This document shows, one piece after another, positions 54,343 through 63,540 of a stretch of 64,000 bases of DNA (position 1 is its first letter; the number at the start of each line of letters is the position of its first letter). The position numbers and the translations under genes were made by a program. Below the pieces are notes generated by a model. The model saw nothing but the letters and a program-made list of their open reading frames with translations, was not told where the DNA came from and ran no database searches. The DNA is from Chthonomonadales bacterium (lineage in GTDB: Bacteria > Armatimonadota > Chthonomonadetes > Chthonomonadales > CAJBBX01), in assembly GCA_049967475.1 (NCBI GenBank), contig JBMFSQ010000008.1:73349-137348 (forward strand), given 5' to 3'.

Positions 54343-54792
54343 GTGAACAAACAAAAGCATGTGTGGGTGGTAGTGATTGCAGGCATCGCGATTGGGTTGT
54401 GTGCCCTTGCTTCGGCGCCTGGGGCATTGGCGGGGTTCCATCATTGGAAGGGGCGGTACCATGCGCGCCGTGCCGACATCCAACACAAGCGCACCGCATC
54501 CGTGGGGAGCGTGAGCCTGAGCACGTCGAGCATCCCGGTGAATACCCAATGTGACGCTTACGTAAGCGTAGGATCTGTGACGCCGGTTCCCGATGGGGGC
54601 CAATTCACCCTTTTGTCGAGCAATCCGGCGGTTGCGTCGGTTCCTGCAGCGCCCAACAACACCGTGACGCTGCTCTCCGATTCGCAAACCACCAGTTCCA
54701 TCAAGGTCACGGGTGTGGCCCATGGGCAAGCGACGATCACGGCCTCGTCCCAATACGGAACCGTTACCGCAGCTACAATCAACGTGAATTGA
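54343..54792 (+). CDS. secreted Ig-like (Big_2-like) domain protein
   Basis: Signal peptide ending in ALA; SSNPAVASV...VTGVAHGQATITAS; GTG start after GGAGG. Confidence 0.65.
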   Translation: MNKQKHVWVVVIAGIAIGLCALASAPGALAGFHHWKGRYHARRADIQHKRTASVGSVSLSTSSIPVNTQCDAYVSVGSVTPVPDGGQFTLLSSNPAVASVPAAPNNTVTLLSDSQTTSSIKVTGVAHGQATITASSQYGTVTAATINVN

Positions 54793-54805
54793 GGTCCAAG
54801 CAACC

Positions 54806-55855
54806 ATGACGGTAAGGATTGGGCTATTGGGCAGCGGCTTTGTGGCCAACTTCTACCTGCAGGGTCTGCAGGATGTTGCCGGGTGGACGATACCGGTCGT
54901 AGCATCCACCCATCAGGATCGAGCGGAAGCCTTCGCTCGCAGATGGGGTATCCCCGAGGCCACCACCGACGTGGACGGGGTCATTCGGCGCAAAGATCTG
55001 GATCTCATCTTGTTGGCGGTGCCGAATTACGTTCACCGGGACTTGGCGGTGGCTTGTGCACGGGCTCATAAGAACGTGGTTTGCACGAAGCCCCTCGCCC
55101 GGAATGCTGCTGAGGCCAAGGAGATGCTCGAAGCAGTCCAGGCTGCGGGGGTGATGCATGGTTATGCCGAAACGGAAGTATTCAGCCCGGCCGTGATGAA
55201 GGCGTGTGAGTATATCCGCCAAGGGAGCATCGGGCGCGTATTGACGGTTCGGTCCCGCGAAGCCCACGCCGGCCCCCATGAAGAGTGGTTCTGGAATAAG
55301 GAACTCGCCGGAGGGGGTGCGCTCCTAGACATGGGTTGTCACACCATCGAGGCAGCCCGCGTATTCGTAGGGAAAGAGAACCGCGTCGTGGAGGTGATGG
55401 CTTGGGGAGAACGCCTCTACCACCATGCCAGAACAGACGCCGAAGATAATGCAGTGCTCCTCATGCGCTTCGAAGGCGGAGAACTTGGGCAGAGCGAACT
55501 GAGCTGGACCGCCAGGGGAGGGCTGGACCTTCGCAATGAAGTGTATGGTACCGAAGGAGCTCTCTTTACCGATGTGACCAGGGAAACACCGCTGAGGGTC
55601 TTCTCACGCCCGGGTGCGGCGTATGTGGTTGAGAAGGCGGACGCCGAAACCGGATGGCTCTTTCCGCCTGTGGACGAAGCATGGGTGTACGGCTATCGTG
55701 AAGAGATGCGTCACTTTGTAGACTGCGTGGCCCACAATACAACTCCACGTGAGACCTTTGAGGATGGATATTTGGTGAATTGCATCTTGGATGCCGCCTA
55801 CAGGTCTATTGCCAGCCGCTGCTGGGAGCGAGTGGATGATACATCTGCGGTCTGA
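54806..55855 (+). CDS. Gfo/Idh/MocA family oxidoreductase
   Basis: IGLLGSG, VCTKPLA, GGGALLDMGCH. Confidence 0.92.
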   Translation: MTVRIGLLGSGFVANFYLQGLQDVAGWTIPVVASTHQDRAEAFARRWGIPEATTDVDGVIRRKDLDLILLAVPNYVHRDLAVACARAHKNVVCTKPLARNAAEAKEMLEAVQAAGVMHGYAETEVFSPAVMKACEYIRQGSIGRVLTVRSREAHAGPHEEWFWNKELAGGGALLDMGCHTIEAARVFVGKENRVVEVMAWGERLYHHARTDAEDNAVLLMRFEGGELGQSELSWTARGGLDLRNEVYGTEGALFTDVTRETPLRVFSRPGAAYVVEKADAETGWLFPPVDEAWVYGYREEMRHFVDCVAHNTTPRETFEDGYLVNCILDAAYRSIASRCWERVDDTSAV

Positions 55856-56060
55856 GGACTTCAATACCAAGGGAACAATTCGTTGGTGAAAAACAGTCTA
55901 ACCACGGGAATTTCCTCTTTCACCGCCAGCGGACGCAGGGCCAGCCCAGGGTGCCCACACAAGGCCCGTTTCGCTTGCAGTATGGCAAAGGGTTGAGGAT
56001 CCCATAATCCAAGACGACGAAGCGTGCACACAGCATCAGTGCACAGAAAGGGGGCAGCGC

Positions 56061-57485
56061 ATGATGAAACGGTTTGGGTGGTTTGGCGCCGCGTCCGTGA
56101 TTGCGGCTATGGCTCTTGCCGGGTGCGGTGGGGGCGGTGGTTCTACACCTCCTCCAGGCGGCCGCGCGGTGAACGTATTTGCCACAGACGACATGAATGC
56201 CCGCTTTTCCCACGCATGGATCAAAGTTTACAAGGTAGAGGTAACGAATTCCGCCGGCCAATCCCTTGACGTGGTGTTGGATGATCCGAACGGACGTGTT
56301 ATGGACGTGCGGTCGCTGCGGGACGACACCGGGGCGCGTTTCGCCTTCCTCGGCACCGGCTCCCTGCCTCCGAATGCAAGTGTTGTAAAGGTGACGTTGG
56401 ATCCACAGGTGACGGTTACAGACCAGTTCGGAACCGCCACGGTTCCCTTCGTCAATGTGGACAAGGATACCCAAGGGCGTCCCGTCCTCAGCTTCTCCGT
56501 TGAAGGTGCGGCCGGTGCGATGGTTGTGGACTTCGACTTGTCAAAGTGGACGGCCATCGGCGAGGATCCTGTAACAGGGATTGATCCGGGCAAGAACTCG
56601 GGAGGGCTCCATTTGGGTTCTGAAACAGGCCTCAACGATATGAACCGCCATGAGTGTGAGGACTACGAGGGCACAGTTTCGCAGCTTAGCGGTACTGCGC
56701 CGAACTTCACGTTCACGCTTACGATGGAGCACGGGAGCGTCACCGTTTCAACGGATGCCAACACAGCGGTATTCAATTCGGACGGTTCACCGAACCCGCA
56801 GCTTGCTAACGGGCAAATGGTAACCGTGCGGGGCGTGTTCAACGCGTCCACGTCTACGTTGGCTGCGGCGGAAATCAAGATCCATAAAGGTTCTATGACG
56901 AATGAGCACGGTGTCGCAGGCGTGACCGACAGTCCCAACGCCCAAGCCGGAACCTTTGTGGTAATCCTCCACGAAGCGGATTTCCTGCCGGACGTAGACC
57001 GGGTCACCGTGGCGACCAACGCCAACACGGTGTTCCGCGGCGAAAGCGGCGTGATCCTCACCGCTGCGGACTTCTTTGCCCGCTTGGCAGCCGGTTCCCA
57101 GAAGGTAGAAGCTGAAGGGACCTACGATGCTTCAACGAAGGTCTTGAATGCCAACCGCGTCAAGATCGAGCAGATGGAAGGGCACGGCGGCGGGGGTGGC
57201 GATCACTCCCACGACGCCGAAGCCAAAGGTACCGCGGTGAACGCGAACGCGGTTGCCGGGACCTTTACCATCAATCCCATGACCGAATGGGAAGGCTTCA
57301 TGGGCATGGGCGGCAGCGTGAACGTGACCACCAACGGTTCCACCGTGTTCAAGAACCTCAGTGACCAGACCATCTCGGCGGCAGACTTCTTCTCGGCGAT
57401 TGCCGGCGGAACTACCCACGTCAAGGTGGAAGGCACCTTCAGCGCCGGCGTGATCACAGCGACAAAGGCGGAACTGAAGCCTTAG
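56061..57485 (+). CDS. lipoprotein with DUF4382-like N-domain and three DUF5666-like repeats
   Basis: Lipobox LAGC; VVDFDL; repeats VTV.T.ANT.F...V.V.G....L.A..I. Confidence 0.75.
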   Translation: MMKRFGWFGAASVIAAMALAGCGGGGGSTPPPGGRAVNVFATDDMNARFSHAWIKVYKVEVTNSAGQSLDVVLDDPNGRVMDVRSLRDDTGARFAFLGTGSLPPNASVVKVTLDPQVTVTDQFGTATVPFVNVDKDTQGRPVLSFSVEGAAGAMVVDFDLSKWTAIGEDPVTGIDPGKNSGGLHLGSETGLNDMNRHECEDYEGTVSQLSGTAPNFTFTLTMEHGSVTVSTDANTAVFNSDGSPNPQLANGQMVTVRGVFNASTSTLAAAEIKIHKGSMTNEHGVAGVTDSPNAQAGTFVVILHEADFLPDVDRVTVATNANTVFRGESGVILTAADFFARLAAGSQKVEAEGTYDASTKVLNANRVKIEQMEGHGGGGGDHSHDAEAKGTAVNANAVAGTFTINPMTEWEGFMGMGGSVNVTTNGSTVFKNLSDQTISAADFFSAIAGGTTHVKVEGTFSAGVITATKAELKP

Positions 57486-57508
57486 CTTCAGGGTCTGGAT
57501 ATACGGCA

Positions 57509-57546
57509 AGACGGCCTGGGTAAACGCATCCCAGGCCGTCTGTTTT
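57509..57546 (+). terminator. intrinsic terminator, probably bidirectional
   Basis: AGACGGCCTGGG/CCCAGGCCGTCT 12-bp stem followed by GTTTT. Confidence 0.75.
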
Positions 57547-57576
57547 GGGGGCGGTGTCGCCCGGGAGGAGAGCGGC

Positions 57577-58551
57577 TCAGTCCGCCAAGGCGGCCAAATC
57601 TGCATCCACCATCTCTGCTATGAGTTCGTCGAAGGTTACGGTGGGCTCCCAACCCAGTACCCGGCGGGCCTTCGATGCATCTCCTACGAGCTGTTCCCCT
57701 TCGGCGGGCCGAAGCAACCGCTCGTCTATGCGCACGTAGTCCCGGTAATCCAGACCGGCTCGTGCGAAGGCGCGCTCGCAGAAGTCGCGGACGGAATGTG
57801 TCTCACCTGTGGCGACCACGTAGTCATCCGGCTTGTCTTGCTGAAGGATCAGGTGCATGGCGCGCACGTAATCTGCGGCGTGGCCCCAGTCGCGGCGCGC
57901 ATCAAGGTTGCCCAGATAAAGGATCGAAGCCCGTCCGCGCTTGATACGCGCTACAGCGCTGGTAATCTTGCGTGTAACGAATTCGTAGCCTCGACGCGGG
58001 CTCTCGTGGTTGAAGAGGATGCCGCTGCAGCAGAACATCCCATACGTCTCGCGGTAATTCCGCGTGAGTTCGAAGCCGGCTACCTTGCTGATGCCGTAGG
58101 GGGATCGCGGATGGAAGGGCGTGTCTTCATTCTGCGGTGTGACGGTGGCGCGTCCGAACATCTCGCTGGATCCGGCAAAGTAGACGCGGCACCTTGGCTG
58201 GAGCTCTCTTACGGCGGCCAACACAAAGTGGGTGCCGTTGATGTTGGTATTCATGGTGGAGAAGCCGTCTGCAAAGCTCTCGAATACGAAGCTCTGGGCG
58301 GCGAGGTGGTAGCACTCGTCGAACTCGTGCTGGGTGAATACGTGGAAGATGCTGGGGTAGCTCTCCAAACTGGCGGAATGGAGCACCACGCGTTCGAGCA
58401 AGTGGGCGATGCGGCCCACCCGGCGCGAAGGGTCCTCCAAGGCTACCCGCCGCACGAGGCCGTGCACTTCGTACCCCTGAGAAAGCAGATGCTCGGCCAG
58501 GTAACTTCCGTCCTGGCCTGTGATGCCGGTGATGAGGGCGCGTTTAGGCAC
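57577..58551 (-). CDS. gmd: GDP-mannose 4,6-dehydratase
   Basis: ALITGITGQDGSYL, PRSPYGISK, GILFNHESPRRG, RDWGHA. Confidence 0.95.
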   Translation of the reverse strand: MPKRALITGITGQDGSYLAEHLLSQGYEVHGLVRRVALEDPSRRVGRIAHLLERVVLHSASLESYPSIFHVFTQHEFDECYHLAAQSFVFESFADGFSTMNTNINGTHFVLAAVRELQPRCRVYFAGSSEMFGRATVTPQNEDTPFHPRSPYGISKVAGFELTRNYRETYGMFCCSGILFNHESPRRGYEFVTRKITSAVARIKRGRASILYLGNLDARRDWGHAADYVRAMHLILQQDKPDDYVVATGETHSVRDFCERAFARAGLDYRDYVRIDERLLRPAEGEQLVGDASKARRVLGWEPTVTFDELIAEMVDADLAALAD

Positions 58552-58682
58552 AGTGGTGGCTCTCCAATCGGCGCAGACATGAGGGGACTGCTGGGCATAT
58601 TATCGGCCGGGTATGCCCGTTGATCCAGGCACCCCGTGCCCCATCATGATACCTTCCCCCAGCGCATCAAAGCAGGGATCTG

Positions 58683-59780
58683 CTAGTCTTCCAGCGATGA
58701 AATCCGAGCCGAACGAGAGTAGGCTACTTGGGCCGACACCGACTTGGCCGGCGCCGGCACAGTCGTGTACTGGGAGGCTTCTTCGGCCTTTTGGATCGCG
58801 CAATACGTATACTCCAGGCGCCCGATCATCATGAACCCGGCGCACAGCACGGCAAGGGCCCCCGCAATCCATACGCTGCTGAGGACGGCCGCAAGCACCA
58901 TGCATGCGGTAAGTACGTAGAGGACTACGGCTGTGCCCCGGCTGGATAGGCCGATGCGCAGCAGCCGATGCGGCAGGTGATCTTTGCCTGTGGATGCCAG
59001 GAGTTCCCGTATGGAGCGCAATCCGCCCAGGTATCGGCGCGCGTGGACGAGGAGAAGATCTCCTGCGGGGATGATCGCAGGAAGGAACGCAGCTACGGCT
59101 GCTACGTGCGTAGGGGCGTGGGCGGCAGCCCGCAAGGAGATCGCTCCTATGAGCAATCCGAGGGTTGTGCTGCCGCCATCCCCCAAGAAGATGCGGGCGG
59201 GCGGGAAGTTGTATGCAAGGAAGCCTACAGCCGCTCCCGCGAAGGCGAAGCACAGGATCGCCGCAGGGAGATCGCCGAAGAGGACCAGCATGGCTCCGTA
59301 TCCCAGCAGCATGAGGGCCGACATCCCTCCTACGATCCCGTCGGCGCAATCCATGCAGTTCATGGAATTGATCATGCCGGTGATCCAAAGGGTTCCCACG
59401 GCAACATCCAGCCAGAATGGGAGGATCTGGGTGCGGTACCCCGCCGCTACCAGGAGGCCTGCGATGAGCAGATGAGCCATGAGGCGGAAGCGGGAATGGA
59501 TGTCGTAACGGTCGTCTAGGATCCCCAGAATGGTGGCAGCCGCCATCGCCACGAGGAGGGATACTACCTTGGCGAACACGGCACCAGCCGTCGCAAGATA
59601 TGCCAGCGCCGCAACGTACACGGCCAAGCCGCCCAGCAGGGGCGTGGCTGTAACGTGGATCTTGCGGGCGCAGGGATGATCCAAGATCCTGAATGCTACT
59701 GCGAGCCGCATGGCGACAGGTACCAGTGCGAGCGCTGCAACAAACGAAACCCCTACTGCATTCAGTGCATAACTTGCCAT
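58683..59780 (-). CDS. MraY/WecA-family undecaprenyl-phosphate HexNAc-1-P transferase
   Basis: RKIH..ATPLLGG, GILDD, NFPPARIFLGDGG, KDHLPHRL. Confidence 0.9.
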   Translation of the reverse strand: MASYALNAVGVSFVAALALVPVAMRLAVAFRILDHPCARKIHVTATPLLGGLAVYVAALAYLATAGAVFAKVVSLLVAMAAATILGILDDRYDIHSRFRLMAHLLIAGLLVAAGYRTQILPFWLDVAVGTLWITGMINSMNCMDCADGIVGGMSALMLLGYGAMLVLFGDLPAAILCFAFAGAAVGFLAYNFPPARIFLGDGGSTTLGLLIGAISLRAAAHAPTHVAAVAAFLPAIIPAGDLLLVHARRYLGGLRSIRELLASTGKDHLPHRLLRIGLSSRGTAVVLYVLTACMVLAAVLSSVWIAGALAVLCAGFMMIGRLEYTYCAIQKAEEASQYTTVPAPAKSVSAQVAYSRSARISSLED

Positions 59781-59795
59781 GGTTCACTTCCTTGT

Positions 59796-60926
59796 TTAGC
59801 GCGTCGCTGCGCCGATGGCCTCCAGCCGCACCTTCGGGCTGTCGCCGGCATGGTGCAGATTACGGGCGATCATGGCCACGTATTCGGCATCGGCATCAGT
59901 AAGGGCAGGGTACAGAGGCAGCGACAATGCCGATTGGTACACATGCTCCGTCACCGGCAGGTCGCCGCCTATAAAGTGGTGCAGGGGCTCGAATACCGGG
60001 CGCTTGGCCTGGATGCCCGCCTCGGCGAGGGCTTCGATGGTCTCTTCGAGATGATCCACCTGCACAACGTACCGGTAAAAGATGGAACCCACATGATGCT
60101 CCGGCAGCCGCCAGCTCCCTTCGGCGAGGCGCTCCCCATAAAGACGGGCCAAGCTTCGCCGCCGATTGACGAAGTCGGGCAGGCGCCGCAGTTGGCGGTA
60201 GCCGATGGCCGCCGCCAGGTTGCTCATGTGATAGTTGTACCGTGGAACATAATCGGACTTTTCGTCGTAATCTCTCAGGTCCCGCATCCGCTCTACGATT
60301 TCCGGACGCTGCGCCAAAACCATGCCGCCTTCTCCCGTCGTGATGACTTTGGTGGCATAGAACGAGAACACGGCAAAATCTCCCAGGCTTCCCGTGAGGG
60401 CGTTCCCTATGGAAGCCCCGAGAGACTGGGCACAGTCTTCGATGAGGGGGAGGCCGAATTCCTGGAGAGCGGGAACGTCCGCAGGGACGCCGAACATGTG
60501 CGGCACGATGATGGCGCGCGTCCTCGCAGTGATGCGGCGGCGCACATCTGCGGGATCTATGTTGAATGTGTCCTCGCGGATATCGGCCAGAACCGGCTGA
60601 GCTCCCACATAACGCACCGCGTTGAGGACTGCGGTGCACACGTAGCTTGGGAGGATGATTTCGTCGCCTGGGCCCAGATCCAACGCCAGCAGGGCTAGGT
60701 GGAGGGCAGACGTTCCCGAGTTGGTGGCTACGGCACCTGGTGCATTGTGGAGGAGCGCCATTTCGGCTTCGAAGCGCTCTACATGACGGCCCGGCCCGAT
60801 CATTCCGGAAGCGGTGATTTCGCGGGCGGCAACCTCCAGGTCGTCGCCAAGGTAGGGCCGGCTATGGGGTATGGCAAACCCGCTCGTGCGGGCGTCCTCA
60901 TCACGATGTGAATGGTCGGTATACAA
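59796..60926 (-). CDS. DegT/DnrJ/EryC1/StrS nucleotide-sugar aminotransferase
   Basis: NSGTSALH, IEDCAQS, SFYATKVITTGEGG, LSLPLYP. Confidence 0.93.
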   Translation of the reverse strand: MYTDHSHRDEDARTSGFAIPHSRPYLGDDLEVAAREITASGMIGPGRHVERFEAEMALLHNAPGAVATNSGTSALHLALLALDLGPGDEIILPSYVCTAVLNAVRYVGAQPVLADIREDTFNIDPADVRRRITARTRAIIVPHMFGVPADVPALQEFGLPLIEDCAQSLGASIGNALTGSLGDFAVFSFYATKVITTGEGGMVLAQRPEIVERMRDLRDYDEKSDYVPRYNYHMSNLAAAIGYRQLRRLPDFVNRRRSLARLYGERLAEGSWRLPEHHVGSIFYRYVVQVDHLEETIEALAEAGIQAKRPVFEPLHHFIGGDLPVTEHVYQSALSLPLYPALTDADAEYVAMIARNLHHAGDSPKVRLEAIGAATR

Positions 60927-60987
60927 TGCTCTTTCCCTAATCGGCGTGAGCTATGGTTTTTGCGGCGCACGCTCAATTAGGGGTTAC

Positions 60988-61004
60988 TGCAAGAACCGTG
61001 CCAA
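60988..61004 (-). promoter_or_regulatory. sigma54 (-24/-12) promoter upstream of degT-wecA-gmd
   Basis: TTGGCACGGTTCTTGCA, an exact match to TGGCAC-N5-TTGCA, intergenic and correctly oriented. Confidence 0.75.
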
Positions 61005-61041
61005 AAACGCGGTTGGGGGCCCGTCCGGCGAAAAACTTTTT

Positions 61042-61764
61042 TCAAAAACCGGTATCCGGCCCGGGATACGGGGTGGACCCACCCCCACTCTGCAGGATCT
61101 GCAGGCTCCGAGGACCTTCATTGAAGAGCAGGTCCACGATGGAGAGGTCGGGTAGAAACGGAACCTTGGGGAACTGCTGACGGTACACCGGGCAATGCCA
61201 TTCTTGGAGGTAAAGCTCGATGCCGGCATCTTGGAACATGTGGGGCTCCAAATACGTCTGAGCGGCGTAACGGCCCGAAAGGTACGCCGTGGCCCCTACT
61301 GCTCGGCAAAGATCCACCAATCGCTGCGTGGCGCATCCCGGCACATTGAGAGTGGAGCTGCGCACGATCTCCACCCGGATGCCCACAGCCTCCAGGATGT
61401 ACCTCAAAACCGCTTCGTTGAGATCCGCCAGCCGGTGCCACGGCCGTGTGAAACACTCCTCGAAGAATGCAGCGTGTTGGGCGTAGTAGGGGGCCTTCGA
61501 ATAGTTGGCCTTGAGGGCCGCCGAATGCGCGGAACCCCAACCGGGCTGGGCAATCTCAACGGTATGGATGGGCTGGTTCAGAGACGCGCGCACGGGCACC
61601 GTGAGATACTGCCATCCGTTGGCGTTCTTGATCTTGTTGCGGTTCTGCCACCCGTTCTTGGTATAGGCGGCATCATCCAGCAAGATGAAAAGGTCCGCCA
61701 AGGCCACCTTGTGCACATAGGGGAGCCAGGGCAGGTAGTGGGGCTGATGGATGGACACGATCAT
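61042..61764 (-). CDS. WbqC family protein
   Basis: IHQPHYLPW, WQNRNKI, YLSG, LSIVDLLFNEG. Confidence 0.93.
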   Translation of the reverse strand: MIVSIHQPHYLPWLPYVHKVALADLFILLDDAAYTKNGWQNRNKIKNANGWQYLTVPVRASLNQPIHTVEIAQPGWGSAHSAALKANYSKAPYYAQHAAFFEECFTRPWHRLADLNEAVLRYILEAVGIRVEIVRSSTLNVPGCATQRLVDLCRAVGATAYLSGRYAAQTYLEPHMFQDAGIELYLQEWHCPVYRQQFPKVPFLPDLSIVDLLFNEGPRSLQILQSGGGSTPYPGPDTGF

Positions 61765-61788
61765 GAGGGGCGGCTTCTGCTCCCAACT

Positions 61789-62421
61789 CTACGGTGCGCT
61801 TCTAAGCGCCTTGTAGATCTCCCGCGAAATAAAAGCCACATTGCGCCGCGCGCGGATGGCGAAGTCGTCGGAAGGCTTCACAAGGGTGAACACACGGATT
61901 ACGCATGTTTTGCGCCCAAGCGCCACGGTGCTGAAGATGGTGCGCACAGAGGCAAGGCGGGCCAGGATATCATGGCGAATGGCGCCCTCCGTGTTGGAAG
62001 TGCCGTCGCTGTTCTGAAGCCAATAGTACATGATGGCCCGCGTGTCGCCGTTGCGCAAGACCATGGCCCGCACGCGGATCGGCGTACCCGGCAGGGTGAT
62101 GATGCGCTCGCCCGTAAGGGTGTATCCGTTGCCCAAAGAGCAGCTCCGCGGATCATGATACGTGTTCATGGAGCTGGCAGCCAGCACAGACATGCTCACC
62201 ACGTCCCCCGCCGGGTTGGAGTAATCCCGGGCCACGTATTTGGGGTATCCCAGCGTCTCCAACTCCATGCGACTGAGCTGCTTTTCCCGTGCGGACCAAA
62301 CGCCCAATTCCGCAGGAATGGACGGCATCCAGTCTCCGGCGTGTTGCAGGCGCACATCCATGAAGATGCTGACGGCTGCCGCCGCTGCGAAGAGGGCGCT
62401 CAGCTTGATGAAGGGCTGCAT
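61789..62421 (-). CDS. epsI: exosortase-associated EpsI-family protein
   Basis: IPAELGVW, RDYSN, HDPRSC (HxPxxC), MYYW; overlaps the exosortase gene. Confidence 0.8.
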   Translation of the reverse strand: MQPFIKLSALFAAAAAVSIFMDVRLQHAGDWMPSIPAELGVWSAREKQLSRMELETLGYPKYVARDYSNPAGDVVSMSVLAASSMNTYHDPRSCSLGNGYTLTGERIITLPGTPIRVRAMVLRNGDTRAIMYYWLQNSDGTSNTEGAIRHDILARLASVRTIFSTVALGRKTCVIRVFTLVKPSDDFAIRARRNVAFISREIYKALRSAP

Positions 62422-63320
62422 AGCTTCGTAATCCCCAAGGCCCTAGCGGCCAGATAGGTGAGATAGAAGGCCAAGGCGGTAAAGATCCAGGAGTTGCTGT
62501 CGTGGAGCATATTGGCTACGTCTGCATCGAACTGCCCCATGAGGCCCATGGACGTGATGCGCAGCACATTCACTGCCAACGCGATCCAGAAGCCTGCGAA
62601 CAGAAGGAAGAGCTTGCGGCCAAGGCTGCCCTCCATCATCAGCAGAAGCCAAAGCGTCATCACCAGGAGGGGAAGGAGGATGCCTACTCCGCTGCACGCG
62701 ATGGCCACTTCTACCGTGTACTTGGGCGTGATGATGTTGTTCCCCTGCACCAGCGTGGGGATGTGGAGGCGTTCCAGGATATGCCCCGCAGCCTTGGTGC
62801 TGGCAATCTGCAGCATCTGGGTGGGTTGATCCACCACAAAGCCCGGGAGCGGCACCATGGTGAAGAGGAAGAGAAGGGGCGTTCGAAGGGCGCGCACCAC
62901 CGCTCCGCCATACAGATAGTAGATGGTGCCTGCAATGATTACGATGAAGGCCACAGCCGACACGCTGGCCATCTGAGTGCCGTGGGCAAGAACCATGAGG
63001 ACCACGCCCACTGCGGTGACCCACAAGCTGCCTTTCTTCCGATCCTTGGCTGCTTCGTAGGCGGCCTGGATCTCACGGCGGCGCACCCACGCCAGAACGG
63101 CGGCGCCGGGAAGCACCAGCGGCTGATAGGCTTGAGGCGAATCGGGTGCAGACCACGTGACCCATGCCCACTGCACGGGACCCCACAATAGGTAGAGGAG
63201 AGGGACCAAAGGCAGCAGCCACGGCCAATAGCGCCGCAAAAGCTCATTGGGCGGCAGAGAAGGCGAAGCCGTTCCCGCCTTGGAGGATATGCTGGATTGC
63301 ATCTGTGCAGAAGTTTCCAC
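62400..63320 (-). CDS. exosortase (EpsH family)
   Basis: About 8 TMs; LFTMVPLP, QGN.I, VAIACSG (Cys), NVLR (Arg), LHD (His) triad; start 63320 (GTG) or 63302. Confidence 0.92.
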   Translation of the reverse strand: METSAQMQSSISSKAGTASPSLPPNELLRRYWPWLLPLVPLLYLLWGPVQWAWVTWSAPDSPQAYQPLVLPGAAVLAWVRRREIQAAYEAAKDRKKGSLWVTAVGVVLMVLAHGTQMASVSAVAFIVIIAGTIYYLYGGAVVRALRTPLLFLFTMVPLPGFVVDQPTQMLQIASTKAAGHILERLHIPTLVQGNNIITPKYTVEVAIACSGVGILLPLLVMTLWLLLMMEGSLGRKLFLLFAGFWIALAVNVLRITSMGLMGQFDADVANMLHDSNSWIFTALAFYLTYLAARALGITKLCSPSSS

Positions 63321-63447
63321 GGGTTTCAGTATCGGATGAAGAGGCTGCCGGCTTGAGCCCCCTTAGGATACGCAGAAGAAGACGCCGGGCGTGCCCTCCG
63401 GCGGGGTTGCCTTTCCCCGCCGCACGAGCGATTTCCTTCCCGAAGGC

Positions 63448-63496
63448 AAAAAGAGGGCCACCGGTCCTCCCCTGTACGAGCGGTCGGACCAGTGGC
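63448..63496 (-). terminator. intrinsic terminator after the exosortase substrate gene
   Basis: GCCACTGGTCC...GGACCGGTGGC followed by CCTCTTTTT. Confidence 0.6.
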
Positions 63497-63540
63497 TGCA
63501 CCTACGTTCCACTCCTTTGGTGCCCGATTGGCGGCCCCAA

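Noticed and set aside
55872..55901. ECF sigma promoter GGAAC...GTCTAA upstream of the lipoprotein gene
   Set aside because: Spacer is about 2 nt longer than typical; too weak to call.
51189..57485. Genomic island integrated at tRNA-Thr
   Set aside because: No integrase, no duplicated tRNA 3' end noticed, and no obvious compositional shift.
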